DNA of 63,981 nucleotides from NCBI GenBank assembly GCA_030603185.1, contig JAUVYG010000001.1, forward strand, positions 1 through 63,981, in the 5' to 3' direction. The notes below the pieces were generated by a model. It saw only the letters and a program-made list of their open reading frames with translations. It was not told where the DNA came from and did no database searches. Position 1 is the stretch's first letter. Each line of letters opens with the position of its first letter. The translations under genes were made by a program, and so were the position numbers. This document shows, piece after piece, positions 21,013-32,174 of this stretch. The DNA comes from Actinomycetota bacterium. Lineage in GTDB: Bacteria > Actinomycetota > JAUVYG01.

Positions 21013-21075
21013 TAGTTGTGCTCGTGACAATAGGAACATAGGCCCATTTACGGTCTTTGATCTAGCATCATCTAA

Positions 21076-21462
21076 ATGGTGAGTAAACAGGAGCTTGGCG
21101 AGCGCGGTGAGCAAATAGCCGTTTCTCTTCTGAAACGCGCGGGACATGAAATCATAGCTACCAACTATCGCTGCAGCCTCGGAGAGCTTGATATTGTGTC
21201 TGTGTGTGACGATCTGCTGGTAATCACCGAAGTGAAGACCAGAGCCGTACGGTCCCGCAGGTTTGGGCTTCCGCGTGAGGCGGTAAACCCTTCCAAGGTA
21301 AAGAGGATCGCCCGGATGACCAGTGTGTTTTTGGGTGACCACAGATACCCTCAGAACTTAAGGGTGCAGAAGCGCGGTATTCAGTTCGATGTCGTTGAGG
21401 TTACCGTCTGTAAAAATGAGACGATTTCCGTATCTCACCTCGAGGATGCATTCAGGTTATAA
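21076..21462 (+). CDS. YraN-family (UPF0102) endonuclease-like protein
   Basis: GELDIVS ... VITEVKTR motif pattern. Follows rnhB as usual. Confidence 0.8.
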   Translation: MVSKQELGERGEQIAVSLLKRAGHEIIATNYRCSLGELDIVSVCDDLLVITEVKTRAVRSRRFGLPREAVNPSKVKRIARMTSVFLGDHRYPQNLRVQKRGIQFDVVEVTVCKNETISVSHLEDAFRL

Positions 21463-21528
21463 ATGATACAATGCCAAAGGCTGATAGTGGTGCCCGACTG
21501 TAAGTCGGGCTGTTAGAAAGAGGGATTC

Positions 21529-22581
21529 TTGCAGAGAGCAACAGTGGCCGGCGTAATCCTGCTGGCAGTGGTGGCTGTAGTCACAATAAGTCTATTCGCA
21601 ACGAATGGTGGCGAGGATTCGGGCGATGTCGTCGCTCGAGTCAACGGTACTGCCATAACAAGTGTTGAACTTGACAGGGCCTTTACATCTGTAAGGGCGC
21701 AATTCGGTGAGTTGTTCGACGGCGAAGATGGTGACGCTCTTGAAACTCAATTCAAGGGCCGTATTCTTGATGACCTGATCACTCAGGAAGTTATTCTCCA
21801 GAAAGCCAAGGACATGGGTATCGAAATATCGGACGAGGATGTCGATGCTGAGGTAGCGATGATCACCGAGCAATTCGGCGGGGAAGAGCTGCTCGACCAG
21901 GAGCTAGCCAACCTCAACATGTCCAGAGAGCAGTTCAGGACTGAGATCACCAACTCTGTTCTTTTCTCTAAGCTACAAGAGGTAGAGTTTGCAAAGCTCG
22001 ATGCTGACGATGCAGCTGTAGAGGCCTACTACACAGAGAATAAGGCTCAGTTCGAGACCCCTGAGCAGGTAAAGGCCAGCCATATACTGGTTACAGACGA
22101 CGCGACCGCGCAAGAGGTCCTGACCAAGCTTGATTCCGGAGAAGCCTTCGAGGATCTTGCGGCTGAATACTCCAACGATACCCAAAACAAAGATGACGGT
22201 GGCGATCTCGGGTTCTTCCCTCGTGGGGCAATGGTAGAGGCGTTCGAGGATGTAGCGTTTACTCAGGAGATCGGGATTATTAGTGATCCAGTGGAGTCTA
22301 GTTTTGGCTTCCATATTATTCGGACAGACGACAAGCAGGAAGCTGTGGCTCAGACTCTAGAAGAAGTCAGGGCCGATATCGAGTCCCAGCTCAAGGGGCA
22401 GCTGTTCGAACAGGTCATCACTGGTTGGAAAGAGGATGCCGACATCGAGAAACTACCCCCCTATGATGTTGAGTCTGACGAGGACCTCTTCGCTGCTCCA
22501 CCCGTAGATGGTAGCGACGCTGTGGACGAGGGAAATCCAGGCGAACCCACGCTCGATGATTCAGAGGAACAAGTCGACTAA
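21529..22581 (+). CDS. Membrane-anchored parvulin-type peptidyl-prolyl isomerase (PrsA/SurA-like)
   Basis: N-terminal TM segment. ASHILV, GGDLGFF and FGFHII PpiC motifs. Acidic C-terminal tail. Confidence 0.85.
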   Translation: MQRATVAGVILLAVVAVVTISLFATNGGEDSGDVVARVNGTAITSVELDRAFTSVRAQFGELFDGEDGDALETQFKGRILDDLITQEVILQKAKDMGIEISDEDVDAEVAMITEQFGGEELLDQELANLNMSREQFRTEITNSVLFSKLQEVEFAKLDADDAAVEAYYTENKAQFETPEQVKASHILVTDDATAQEVLTKLDSGEAFEDLAAEYSNDTQNKDDGGDLGFFPRGAMVEAFEDVAFTQEIGIISDPVESSFGFHIIRTDDKQEAVAQTLEEVRADIESQLKGQLFEQVITGWKEDADIEKLPPYDVESDEDLFAAPPVDGSDAVDEGNPGEPTLDDSEEQVD

Positions 22582-22606
22582 TAGTGAGCTCTGGAGCTTT
22601 TGATAA

Positions 22607-22641
22607 GTGGGGGTGCCGAACGGCGCCCCCACTTTCTTTTT
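22607..22641 (+). terminator. Rho-independent terminator
   Basis: GTGGGGGTGCCGAACGGCGCCCCCAC hairpin (22607-22632), followed by TTTCTTTTT. Confidence 0.8.
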
Positions 22642-22678
22642 GTGGGACCTGTTTTGACAAGCAGAATGGTAGAGGTTA

Positions 22679-24788
<2,110 letters not shown>

Positions 24789-24800
24789 TCCACTTTTAAA

Positions 24801-25235
24801 TTGCTCAAGAAAGTCTTGATCTCGGTGGTTGTACTTCTCGCCATAGCTTTAGCGGTTCAGAACCCGTTCGCTCTAGTCGAGCAGCGGGAGGAGACTCGCG
24901 AGCTTGAGAGATTGGTCTCGCAGTTAGAGGCCGAGAACGAGGCTCTGGGCCGAAAGATCAAGGAGTTCGACGATCCCCAGAATATAGAGCTGCTGGCCAG
25001 GGAGAAGCTTGGACTAGTCAAAGAGGGCGAGACAGCCTTTTTGGTAGTCACCTCTGATGCTATAGCCGATCCCGGCACCGGATCGGTGACGAATGACCTA
25101 AGCGCGGGCTTGTCCGATGACGCTTCATCTACCTCGGATTCCCGAGGACTGATCACAGCTGATTCATTTGCCGATGGGCACTGGTACGACGTTATTCTTG
25201 AATTTCTTGGACTCGTTCCATCGGGTAGTGACTGA
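24801..25235 (+). CDS. Septum formation initiator (FtsB/DivIC family)
   Basis: N-terminal TM segment followed by coiled coil LERLVSQLEAENEALGRKIKEF. Conserved position after eno. Confidence 0.75.
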   Translation: MLKKVLISVVVLLAIALAVQNPFALVEQREETRELERLVSQLEAENEALGRKIKEFDDPQNIELLAREKLGLVKEGETAFLVVTSDAIADPGTGSVTNDLSAGLSDDASSTSDSRGLITADSFADGHWYDVILEFLGLVPSGSD

Positions 25236-26149
25236 TGAGACACGCCGTCATTGACATCGGGACTCACTCGACAAGACTACTTGTGGTCGACTCACGTGGG
25301 GATGTTGTAACTGAACTGCACAGGTCCGCTGTCATAACCAAGCTCGGGGCGGGGGTCGACAAGAACAGAGCCCTTTCCGACGAGGGGGTAAAGCGCACTT
25401 TGGGTGTGGTGGAGAGGTTTGGCTCTATTTGCCGTGATTTGAACGTGGTGTCTGGAAAGGCCGTCGCCACAAGTGCCTTGCGGGATGTATCCAACGGTAA
25501 TCGATTTCTGTCCGACGTATCACGTCTTTCTGGATTTACCGCTTCTACCATCGACGGCCATAAGGAGGCATCATACTCTTTTGCTGGCGCGGTCACTGGT
25601 GTCCCAGACCTTACCCCAACCACTGATGTCGTAATGGTAGATATCGGGGGAGGCAGCACCGAGATCGTTTTGGGGGGCCTTGCAGGCATTAAGGAATCGG
25701 CAAGTTTGGATATAGGATGCTTGCGCCTGACAGAACGATTCATCACTGACGATGTCCCTAGCCAAGAGCAACGAGACGCATTGATGGAGTATTCGTTGCA
25801 GCGGATGTATGACGCGGCACCACATATTCCGCCGGATACTTTGATAGTCGGGGTAGCCGGCACTGTTACTACATTATTTGCTATGGCAAATGAGATCGAC
25901 CCATACGATCCAAAACTTGTAAATCATGGGCTGCTCTCAGCCGATGACATAGAAGAAGTGATTGCGACAGTCAGTAATGTCGGCCTGAAGGAACGTCAAA
26001 TGCTCAAGGGGCTTCAGTCAGGAAGAGCAGACGTGATCGTGGCTGGATCGCTTATCGCACTGGCAATACTCCAATATGCAGGGAAGAGCGTGATGATGGT
26101 TTCAGAGAGTGACCTGTTGGATGGAATCATGGGTGAGTTGCTCGCATGA
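25235..26149 (+). CDS. Ppx/GppA-family phosphatase
   Basis: IDIGTHSTRLLV and VDIGGGSTE ASKHA-fold motifs. Confidence 0.85.
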   Translation: MRHAVIDIGTHSTRLLVVDSRGDVVTELHRSAVITKLGAGVDKNRALSDEGVKRTLGVVERFGSICRDLNVVSGKAVATSALRDVSNGNRFLSDVSRLSGFTASTIDGHKEASYSFAGAVTGVPDLTPTTDVVMVDIGGGSTEIVLGGLAGIKESASLDIGCLRLTERFITDDVPSQEQRDALMEYSLQRMYDAAPHIPPDTLIVGVAGTVTTLFAMANEIDPYDPKLVNHGLLSADDIEEVIATVSNVGLKERQMLKGLQSGRADVIVAGSLIALAILQYAGKSVMMVSESDLLDGIMGELLA

Positions 26150-27213
26150 GTGCGGATGATACTGTCAGGTCGGAGTACAGACTCGACCCTCTGACTAATC
26201 GCCGGGTCATTATCGCTAGAGGGAGGTCAAGGCGACCCCACGACAACCATGGTGCCGGTGAGAAGAGCAGCAGCCATTCGGACCCAAGCCTTAAATCACA
26301 CAAGGACAACTGCCCATTCTGTCTTGGGAATGAGGATATGACCCCACCGGAGGTTACAGCCCATAGACCTGAGGGCGGTGGACCGAACAATCCGGGCTGG
26401 GATATTAGGGTAGTACCCAACAAATTTCCTGCCCTGATTCCCTCTGAATCCCCCTCTTTGAAATCGAGCGAACGAGCGAGTGAGTCGATGGGTTGGTTTG
26501 CAACTTCCCCAGCGGTCGGAGTGCATGAGGTGGTAATACACGACCCTGATCACAGCAAAAGTCTTTTTGAGCTGGGGTCCAAGAAGGTTTCACGCGTACT
26601 ATCGATATACAGGGAACGTCTTGGGGTGTTTGCTGAGCGAGATGACTTGAAATACGCAGTAGCCGTAGTCAATCACGGAGCGGAAGCCGGCGCCTCCCTG
26701 GAGCACTCACATTCGCAATTGTTTTCCACATCCAGAGTTCCATTCGATGTGGCTACCGAGGTAGAGATCGCAGAGAATGATTGTGCTGCGGGTCGTGAAT
26801 GCAGGCTCTGCAATATAATCAAAGAAGAGCAAATACGGAGTGAGAGGATTCTTGGTCTAACCGAGTCCCACATCGCATTCATCCAATTCGCGAGCAGAAG
26901 TCCTTATCAGGTGAGTGTTGCACCCATCTCTCATCAGTCACGGTTCGAGGATGTTTCCGATGATGAGATCGAGGATCTAGGTTTGGCCGTATGGCGTTCC
27001 CTGGGTGCCCTCCAAAGCGTACTTGGACCCGTTCCATTCAACGTAGTTCTCAGAACCTCGCCGTGGGGGAACCATGCGTCAGAAGGTTATCACTGGAGGC
27101 TGGATATCGTTCCCAAACTGAGCATTATGGCGGGATTCGAACTGGGGACAGGTGTATTCATCAACATTGTTCCACCCGAAGAGGCTGCGGCCGAACTGGG
27201 ACCGGAGTTTTAG
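26146..27213 (+). CDS. galT: Galactose-1-phosphate uridylyltransferase-family (HIT superfamily) nucleotidyltransferase
   Basis: CPFCLGNE zinc motif and HSHSQ active site. Confidence 0.8.
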   Translation: MSADDTVRSEYRLDPLTNRRVIIARGRSRRPHDNHGAGEKSSSHSDPSLKSHKDNCPFCLGNEDMTPPEVTAHRPEGGGPNNPGWDIRVVPNKFPALIPSESPSLKSSERASESMGWFATSPAVGVHEVVIHDPDHSKSLFELGSKKVSRVLSIYRERLGVFAERDDLKYAVAVVNHGAEAGASLEHSHSQLFSTSRVPFDVATEVEIAENDCAAGRECRLCNIIKEEQIRSERILGLTESHIAFIQFASRSPYQVSVAPISHQSRFEDVSDDEIEDLGLAVWRSLGALQSVLGPVPFNVVLRTSPWGNHASEGYHWRLDIVPKLSIMAGFELGTGVFINIVPPEEAAAELGPEF

Positions 27214-27269
27214 TCGACACGAACCATCACTTGGTGGGAAGGATCGAATTCCCTTAGATCGGAAACTCG

Positions 27270-27479
27270 CTACTCTTCTTCTGCCGGCGTCTCTTCGCGC
27301 TCATCTGCTGCCTCATCGATGGTGCCGTAGAGCCTCCGATGCCCCACAAGGAACAGGGCGGCAAGTGCGAGTACCCATATGATTATCAGGGGAATGCCTG
27401 AGGGGAATTCACCGGTTGCTACCAGCACGATGAGACTGATACCAAGGATTATTCCGAAGAAAGTGGCGGCGTATATCAA
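27270..27479 (-). CDS. Small two-TM membrane protein with acidic tail (hypothetical)
   Basis: TTG start 5 nt after GGAG. Two hydrophobic helices, then DEAADEREETPAEEE. Confidence 0.5.
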   Translation of the reverse strand: MIYAATFFGIILGISLIVLVATGEFPSGIPLIIIWVLALAALFLVGHRRLYGTIDEAADEREETPAEEE

Positions 27480-27537
27480 CGTTGCTCCGTACTTTGGATT
27501 TTCGTATCACGGGAGAAGAATATCATAGGGCCTGAAG

Positions 27538-27546
27538 TGATAGTAT
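27538..27546 (+). promoter_or_regulatory. Extended -10 element (TGaTAGTAT) placing a TSS at or next to the argS GTG (leaderless candidate)
   Basis: TG at 27538-27539 and TAGTAT at 27541-27546. Only 6 nt (gagcca), with no SD, precede GTG 27553. Confidence 0.3.
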
Positions 27547-27552
27547 GAGCCA

Positions 27553-29220
27553 GTGATTAGAGACCAACTAACGGCGGCGATTACCGCTGCTTTATCAGAA
27601 ATATCTGGGGATTTCGGACCTGACGCTGAGGTTCCCCAAGAAATTCATATTGAGCGACCGAAAGACCGACAGTTTGGGGACTACACGACTAATGTCTCCA
27701 TGGTTCTTGCGCGCTCATGGAAATGTAACCCCCGCGAAATCGCGGTTGCTCTCTCAGCGAAGCTCGAAATGGCGGACGATCTACTGGACCGGACAGAGAT
27801 AGCTGGGCCCGGTTTTATTAATATTTACCTCCAGTCAGGGTTCCAGCAGAAGATCGTGAGAAAAATTACTGAGCAGGGTTCCTCGTACGGGCGCCTCGTT
27901 GCTGATGAGCCAAAGCGAATTCAGGTAGAGTTCGTCAGCGCCAATCCGGTCGGACCGTTGCATGTTGGCCATGGTCGTTGGGCTGCAGTAGGTGATTGTC
28001 TTGCGCGGATACTGGAAGCAGCCGGTCATCAGGTGGAGCGAGAATTCTATGTCAATGATTTCGGGGCCCAAATGGGCTTGTTCGGCGAGTCGGTAGCTGC
28101 AAGATATCGTGAACTACTTGGTGAAACAATCGTATTCCCTGAGCAGGGATACCAGGGTTCATACATCATAGATATCGCTCAAGAGATTGTTGACTCGGAC
28201 GGCCGAATACACCTAAAGCTCTCCGATGACGAACAGAAAGAGCTGTTCAAAGAGCGCGCGTACCGTCAGGTCCTGGATCACTTAAAGAGCTCCCTCAGTG
28301 ACTTCGATGTCGACTATGACGTTTGGTTTAGTGAGCGGGAACTGCACACCAACGGTTCCGTTCAGCGGGTCGTGGATAGCATGTTGGAGCGGAATCATGC
28401 ATACATCAAGGATGGCGCCACCTGGATGCGCACCTCGGACTTTGGGGACGAGAAGGATCGGGTGCTTGTCCGGTCGGACGGTACACCTACCTATTTTGCT
28501 GCTGACGTTGCATACCACGCTGATAAGCTCTCGAGGGGTTTTGACCTTCTCATCAACATCTGGGGTGCCGACCATCATGGCTATGTGCCCAGAGTCAAAG
28601 CAGCTATCGAGTCTCTCGGTAGCGATCCCAGCTCGCTAGAGGTCATCATCGGCCAGCTGGTCAACCTCACCAGAAACGGTGTACCAGTGCGCATGTCTAA
28701 GAGAACGGGGGAGATGGTTACCTTCGAGGATCTGCTTGACGAGGTCGGAGCCGATGCCACTCGTTTCTTCTTTCTCATGAGGTCGACTGACTCAGCCGTT
28801 GATTTTGATATTGAGTTAGCGAAGGAGCGCAGCTCTAGTAACCCCGTTTATTATGTGCAGTACGCCCACGCACGGGTCTGCAGTATTATTCGAACCGCAG
28901 CAGAGCGGGGGCAAAAAATGCCGAGCATTGACGAGGCTGATCTTTCACTTCTCGTGGATCCATCCGAGATCACCTTGATGCAAGAGCTATCCAAGCTGCC
29001 TGAGATCGTTCAAAGGTGCGCAGACGAGAGAGCGCCGCACAAGATGACGACCTATTTGAGGAGCCTGGCCGAGGCTTTTCACTCCTTTTATACCAACTGT
29101 CGTGTGGTCGGGGTCGAAAAGGAAATTGCAGGTGCAAGACTTCGACTGGTAGACGCGACTAGGCAGGTTATTTCGAACGGGCTCGGCATGCTTGGAGTGA
29201 CGGCGCCTGACCAAATGTGA
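27553..29220 (+). CDS. argS: Arginyl-tRNA synthetase
   Basis: HVGH (PLHVGHGRW) and MSKR (VRMSKRTGE) class-I signatures. Confidence 0.95.
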   Translation: MIRDQLTAAITAALSEISGDFGPDAEVPQEIHIERPKDRQFGDYTTNVSMVLARSWKCNPREIAVALSAKLEMADDLLDRTEIAGPGFINIYLQSGFQQKIVRKITEQGSSYGRLVADEPKRIQVEFVSANPVGPLHVGHGRWAAVGDCLARILEAAGHQVEREFYVNDFGAQMGLFGESVAARYRELLGETIVFPEQGYQGSYIIDIAQEIVDSDGRIHLKLSDDEQKELFKERAYRQVLDHLKSSLSDFDVDYDVWFSERELHTNGSVQRVVDSMLERNHAYIKDGATWMRTSDFGDEKDRVLVRSDGTPTYFAADVAYHADKLSRGFDLLINIWGADHHGYVPRVKAAIESLGSDPSSLEVIIGQLVNLTRNGVPVRMSKRTGEMVTFEDLLDEVGADATRFFFLMRSTDSAVDFDIELAKERSSSNPVYYVQYAHARVCSIIRTAAERGQKMPSIDEADLSLLVDPSEITLMQELSKLPEIVQRCADERAPHKMTTYLRSLAEAFHSFYTNCRVVGVEKEIAGARLRLVDATRQVISNGLGMLGVTAPDQM

Positions 29221-29221
29221 T

Positions 29222-29446
29222 CTAGATCTCTAGAGCCACTCCCATTCCTTCCTCTGCTAGGTGGTGTCGGAACTTCTCCTGCTCAGGGTCCTCCATCTGA
29301 CGGTACCGACCGTAGCAATCCTCACACAGGGTGTGCAGCAGGCACACCTTATCCATTACCGTTGGGGAAGTTGCACGCTCGCAGCTCTCAAGAGCTCTTT
29401 GGCTGGCTTTGCTTACGCCACAAGCCTCGCATGTTGTTGACGTCAT
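29222..29446 (-). CDS. Small cysteine-rich protein (hypothetical, putative metal-binding)
   Basis: GGGAGG RBS 8 nt before the ATG. Cys pattern CxxC-x12-C-x12-C-x5-CxxC in 74 aa. Confidence 0.5.
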   Translation of the reverse strand: MTSTTCEACGVSKASQRALESCERATSPTVMDKVCLLHTLCEDCYGRYRQMEDPEQEKFRHHLAEEGMGVALEI

Positions 29447-29521
29447 CGTTATCGCCTCCCTCTATTGCCTCTCATTAAGGTCCTACCCCGGTGCTGGCCA
29501 CAGAAACGCATGAAGGTCAGA

Positions 29522-29550
29522 TTGCCATGGAGTTGCAGGTCATGTATATT
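29522..29550 (+). promoter_or_regulatory. Candidate promoter TTGCCA-17 nt-TATATT for the rpsF operon
   Basis: Hexamers at 29522-29527 and 29545-29550. Confidence 0.45.
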
Positions 29551-29605
29551 TGCCTAGCTCCTGCTGCTGGAAGGTCCAGTGGCCGCAAAGACCGTAGGAG
29601 GTACT

Positions 29606-29905
29606 TTGAACCTGTACGAAGTTATGACGATCACAGATCCCGGACTAGAGATCGAAGCCACTGATGAACTGTTGACCAAGGTCAACGACACTATCAAAAA
29701 GGGTGGCGGAAAGCTCGGACATGTCGACAAATGGGGTCGCAAGAAGCTCGCTTACGAGATCAAGGGCTTCAATGATGGCGTCTACGCTGTCACAAAATTC
29801 GAGGGCGATCCGTCCACGATCAGCGAACTTGATCATTTCCTGAAGATCAACGATCAAGTTCTCCGTCACGTAGTCGTAAGACTCCCAGAGCCAAAGAAGG
29901 TCTGA
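29606..29905 (+). CDS. rpsF: 30S ribosomal protein S6
   Basis: A TTG 29606 start gives (M)NLYEVMTITDP, which aligns with MRHYEIVFMVHP. AGGAGG lies at 29596-29601. The track start at 29579 is probably too early. Confidence 0.9.
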   Translation: MNLYEVMTITDPGLEIEATDELLTKVNDTIKKGGGKLGHVDKWGRKKLAYEIKGFNDGVYAVTKFEGDPSTISELDHFLKINDQVLRHVVVRLPEPKKV

Positions 29906-29906
29906 G

Positions 29907-30302
29907 ATGGCGGGGCTTAATGTTGTCGTTCTGGTCGGTAACTTGACCAGGGATCCCGAGCTACGCTTCACACCGAATGGCACTCCAGTAGCGAACTTCG
30001 GTATCGCTGTGAATCGACGCCCATCTAAATCCGAGGGTCAGCCAGACGTTGATTTCTTCAACTGCGTGGCCTGGGGAAGATTGGCGGAGCTTTGTGGGGA
30101 CTACATCTCCAAGGGCTCTCCGGTTGCCATTGATGGACGGCTTCAGTATCGAAGCTGGGACGCCGATGATGGCTCCAAGCGCAGCGTGGTCGAGGTTGTT
30201 GCGGAAAACGTTCAGTTCCTCAGCAGCAAGGGCCAGGGTGGGGGAGACAGTCAGTCATCTGGCGACACGTCAGCTCCCATCGACGAAGACATCCCATTCT
30301 GA
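29907..30302 (+). CDS. ssb: Single-stranded DNA-binding protein
   Basis: OB fold NVVVLVGNLTRDPELRFTPNG and C-terminal tail DEDIPF. Confidence 0.95.
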   Translation: MAGLNVVVLVGNLTRDPELRFTPNGTPVANFGIAVNRRPSKSEGQPDVDFFNCVAWGRLAELCGDYISKGSPVAIDGRLQYRSWDADDGSKRSVVEVVAENVQFLSSKGQGGGDSQSSGDTSAPIDEDIPF

Positions 30303-30342
30303 GCCGAGCTCAGATACTAGATAATGAAAGGTCGTAGATCGA

Positions 30343-30567
30343 ATGAGTGAATATAAGCCAAAGCGCAAGAAGTACTGTCACTTCTGCAAGGATAAGGTTC
30401 AGTGGGTTGATTACAAGGACATCAACACATTGAAGCGCTATGTCAGCGAGCGCCAGAAGATCAGAGCTCGCCGTGTTACAGGCAACTGTACTCAGCATCA
30501 GAGGTCGGTCGCCCGCGCGATCAAGCTCGCCCGTGAGGTCGCTTTGATGCCTTACGCGGTCAAATAA
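30343..30567 (+). CDS. rpsR: 30S ribosomal protein S18
   Basis: [29 protein letters not shown]. Confidence 0.95.
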   Translation: MSEYKPKRKKYCHFCKDKVQWVDYKDINTLKRYVSERQKIRARRVTGNCTQHQRSVARAIKLAREVALMPYAVK

Positions 30568-30578
30568 GCTTAGACATA

Positions 30579-31565
30579 TTGCCTGTTCGGGCAGTTCTTA
30601 AAACCACAGGAACGACTCTGCTGTTGATACTCGGCGGGGTCGTTCCTTTTGTTGGGATTCTTTCCGTCCTACTGTCTCCACTCCCGCTTGCCCTTCTTTC
30701 TTCGCGAGAGAAGCCTGTACATACTTTACCGACCCTTCTGGTGGTCGGCCTGCTATTCACTTTGATAGGCGGTGTATGGGCGGGCCTCCTCGTCGTTATT
30801 TGGCTTTTCTGCCTTGGTGTCCTGGTAGGTTTGTTTGCGAAGGGTGAGAGACCTTTTCGGATGGTGGTGACTTTTTCCGCTACTGCTGCAGTCGCACTCG
30901 TGCTCGCCTGGGTCGCGCTCCTTAATGTCATCGGTGGGATGGATCTGTATGGTGATGGGGTCGAGTCCCTGCAGGCCGCGCTCGAGGTGGACTCTCCGAT
31001 ACTGACCGAACTGCTAACGACGGAAGCTCTGGAGCAGGTAGAGGAGTCATTGCCTGAGATATCAAGACAATTACCATATCTACTCCCTACCCTGATCGTC
31101 GCAGTACTATTAGCCGGCGCCGTGTCCGTGACAGCCGGTCTGATCAGAATCCTTGATAAGCAGACCGAGTCGTCGATGCGACGCATTCCACCATTTGTCA
31201 TGTGGAAAGTCCCATGGTATCTGTCGTGGGGCTTTGTGCTCAGTCTCGGAGCACTCACAGTTCCCAGCCTTGTAGGTGCTAGTGTGCCAGTAATCGACCG
31301 ACTTGAAGGAATCGGGAATGGTGGGTTACTTCTTCTCGGCCCGTTCTATCTAGTACAGGGTGCCGCGATCATTGTATTCCACCTGAGACGCGTAACTCAG
31401 TCCAAGGCTCTACTTGGGGCCGTACTTGCGTTACTCTTGTTCATACCTCTCCTGTCGCAGGCCGTGCTCTTTCTTGGTCTGTTCGACACTTGGTTCGATC
31501 TCAGAAGGATCGATAAAGGTAAAGATGAGGTCGACTCCTCGAAGGAAAGCCCAGAAGGGTCTTGA
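30579..31565 (+). CDS. Polytopic membrane protein, YybS/DUF2232-like by position
   Basis: Multiple TM segments. Sits between rpsR and rplI, as yybS does in Bacillota. Confidence 0.6.
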   Translation: MPVRAVLKTTGTTLLLILGGVVPFVGILSVLLSPLPLALLSSREKPVHTLPTLLVVGLLFTLIGGVWAGLLVVIWLFCLGVLVGLFAKGERPFRMVVTFSATAAVALVLAWVALLNVIGGMDLYGDGVESLQAALEVDSPILTELLTTEALEQVEESLPEISRQLPYLLPTLIVAVLLAGAVSVTAGLIRILDKQTESSMRRIPPFVMWKVPWYLSWGFVLSLGALTVPSLVGASVPVIDRLEGIGNGGLLLLGPFYLVQGAAIIVFHLRRVTQSKALLGAVLALLLFIPLLSQAVLFLGLFDTWFDLRRIDKGKDEVDSSKESPEGS

Positions 31566-31623
31566 GGGACTCGGTAATCGGGTCTATTCTAGTTAAGCCA
31601 ATAAACGAAGGGACAGATTAAAC

Positions 31624-32145
31624 ATGAAAGTCATTCTTACAGAATCGATTGCAGGACTTGGGCGACCAGGCGAAACAGTTGAAGTTGCCGGCGGTTATGC
31701 TCGGAACTTCCTATTGCCTCGAGGTCTTGCGCAGCCGGCTACAAAGGCCAACATCAAGGAATGGGATTCCAAAAAGGGCAAGATCGACAAGATTCTAGCC
31801 GTCGAGCGCTCCGGCGCCGAAGAGGTTGCAAAGGCCATAGCTGCAGTACAGGTCAAGCTCACCGCTAAGTCGGGCGAAGAGGGCAAGCTATTTGGATCTG
31901 TCACTTCAGCGCATATTGCTGATGCTTTACTCGAGCAGCATTCTATCGAGGTAGATAAGCGCAAGGTTCAGCTCGGTGAAGCTATCAAGAGTGTCGGCGA
32001 GTTCGACGTCAGAGTCGACCTGCACCCTGACGTAAGCGGCGCAATCAAGGTGGTTGTGGAAGCTGAGGATGCTGGGGAGCCTACCCGCATCAAAGATGAG
32101 CCAGAAGCTACCGAAGAGGCCTCAGCGGACTCAGCGGACGCGTAA
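31624..32145 (+). CDS. rplI: 50S ribosomal protein L9
   Basis: MKVILTESIAGLGRPGETVEVAGGYARNFLLPRGLA. Confidence 0.95.
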   Translation: MKVILTESIAGLGRPGETVEVAGGYARNFLLPRGLAQPATKANIKEWDSKKGKIDKILAVERSGAEEVAKAIAAVQVKLTAKSGEEGKLFGSVTSAHIADALLEQHSIEVDKRKVQLGEAIKSVGEFDVRVDLHPDVSGAIKVVVEAEDAGEPTRIKDEPEATEEASADSADA

Positions 32146-32174
32146 CCCGGGACCGAAAAGACCCTCGAAGGGCC

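Noticed and set aside
25264-25863. 199-aa reverse ORF over the ppx/gppA gene.
   Set aside because: It is antisense to a frame with clear ASKHA motifs and is Ser/Thr/Pro/Arg-rich low complexity.
30560-31258. 232-aa reverse ORF opposite the DUF2232-like gene.
   Set aside because: Ser/Thr/Arg/Pro-rich with no motifs. The + strand frame has regular TM helices and fits the operon direction.
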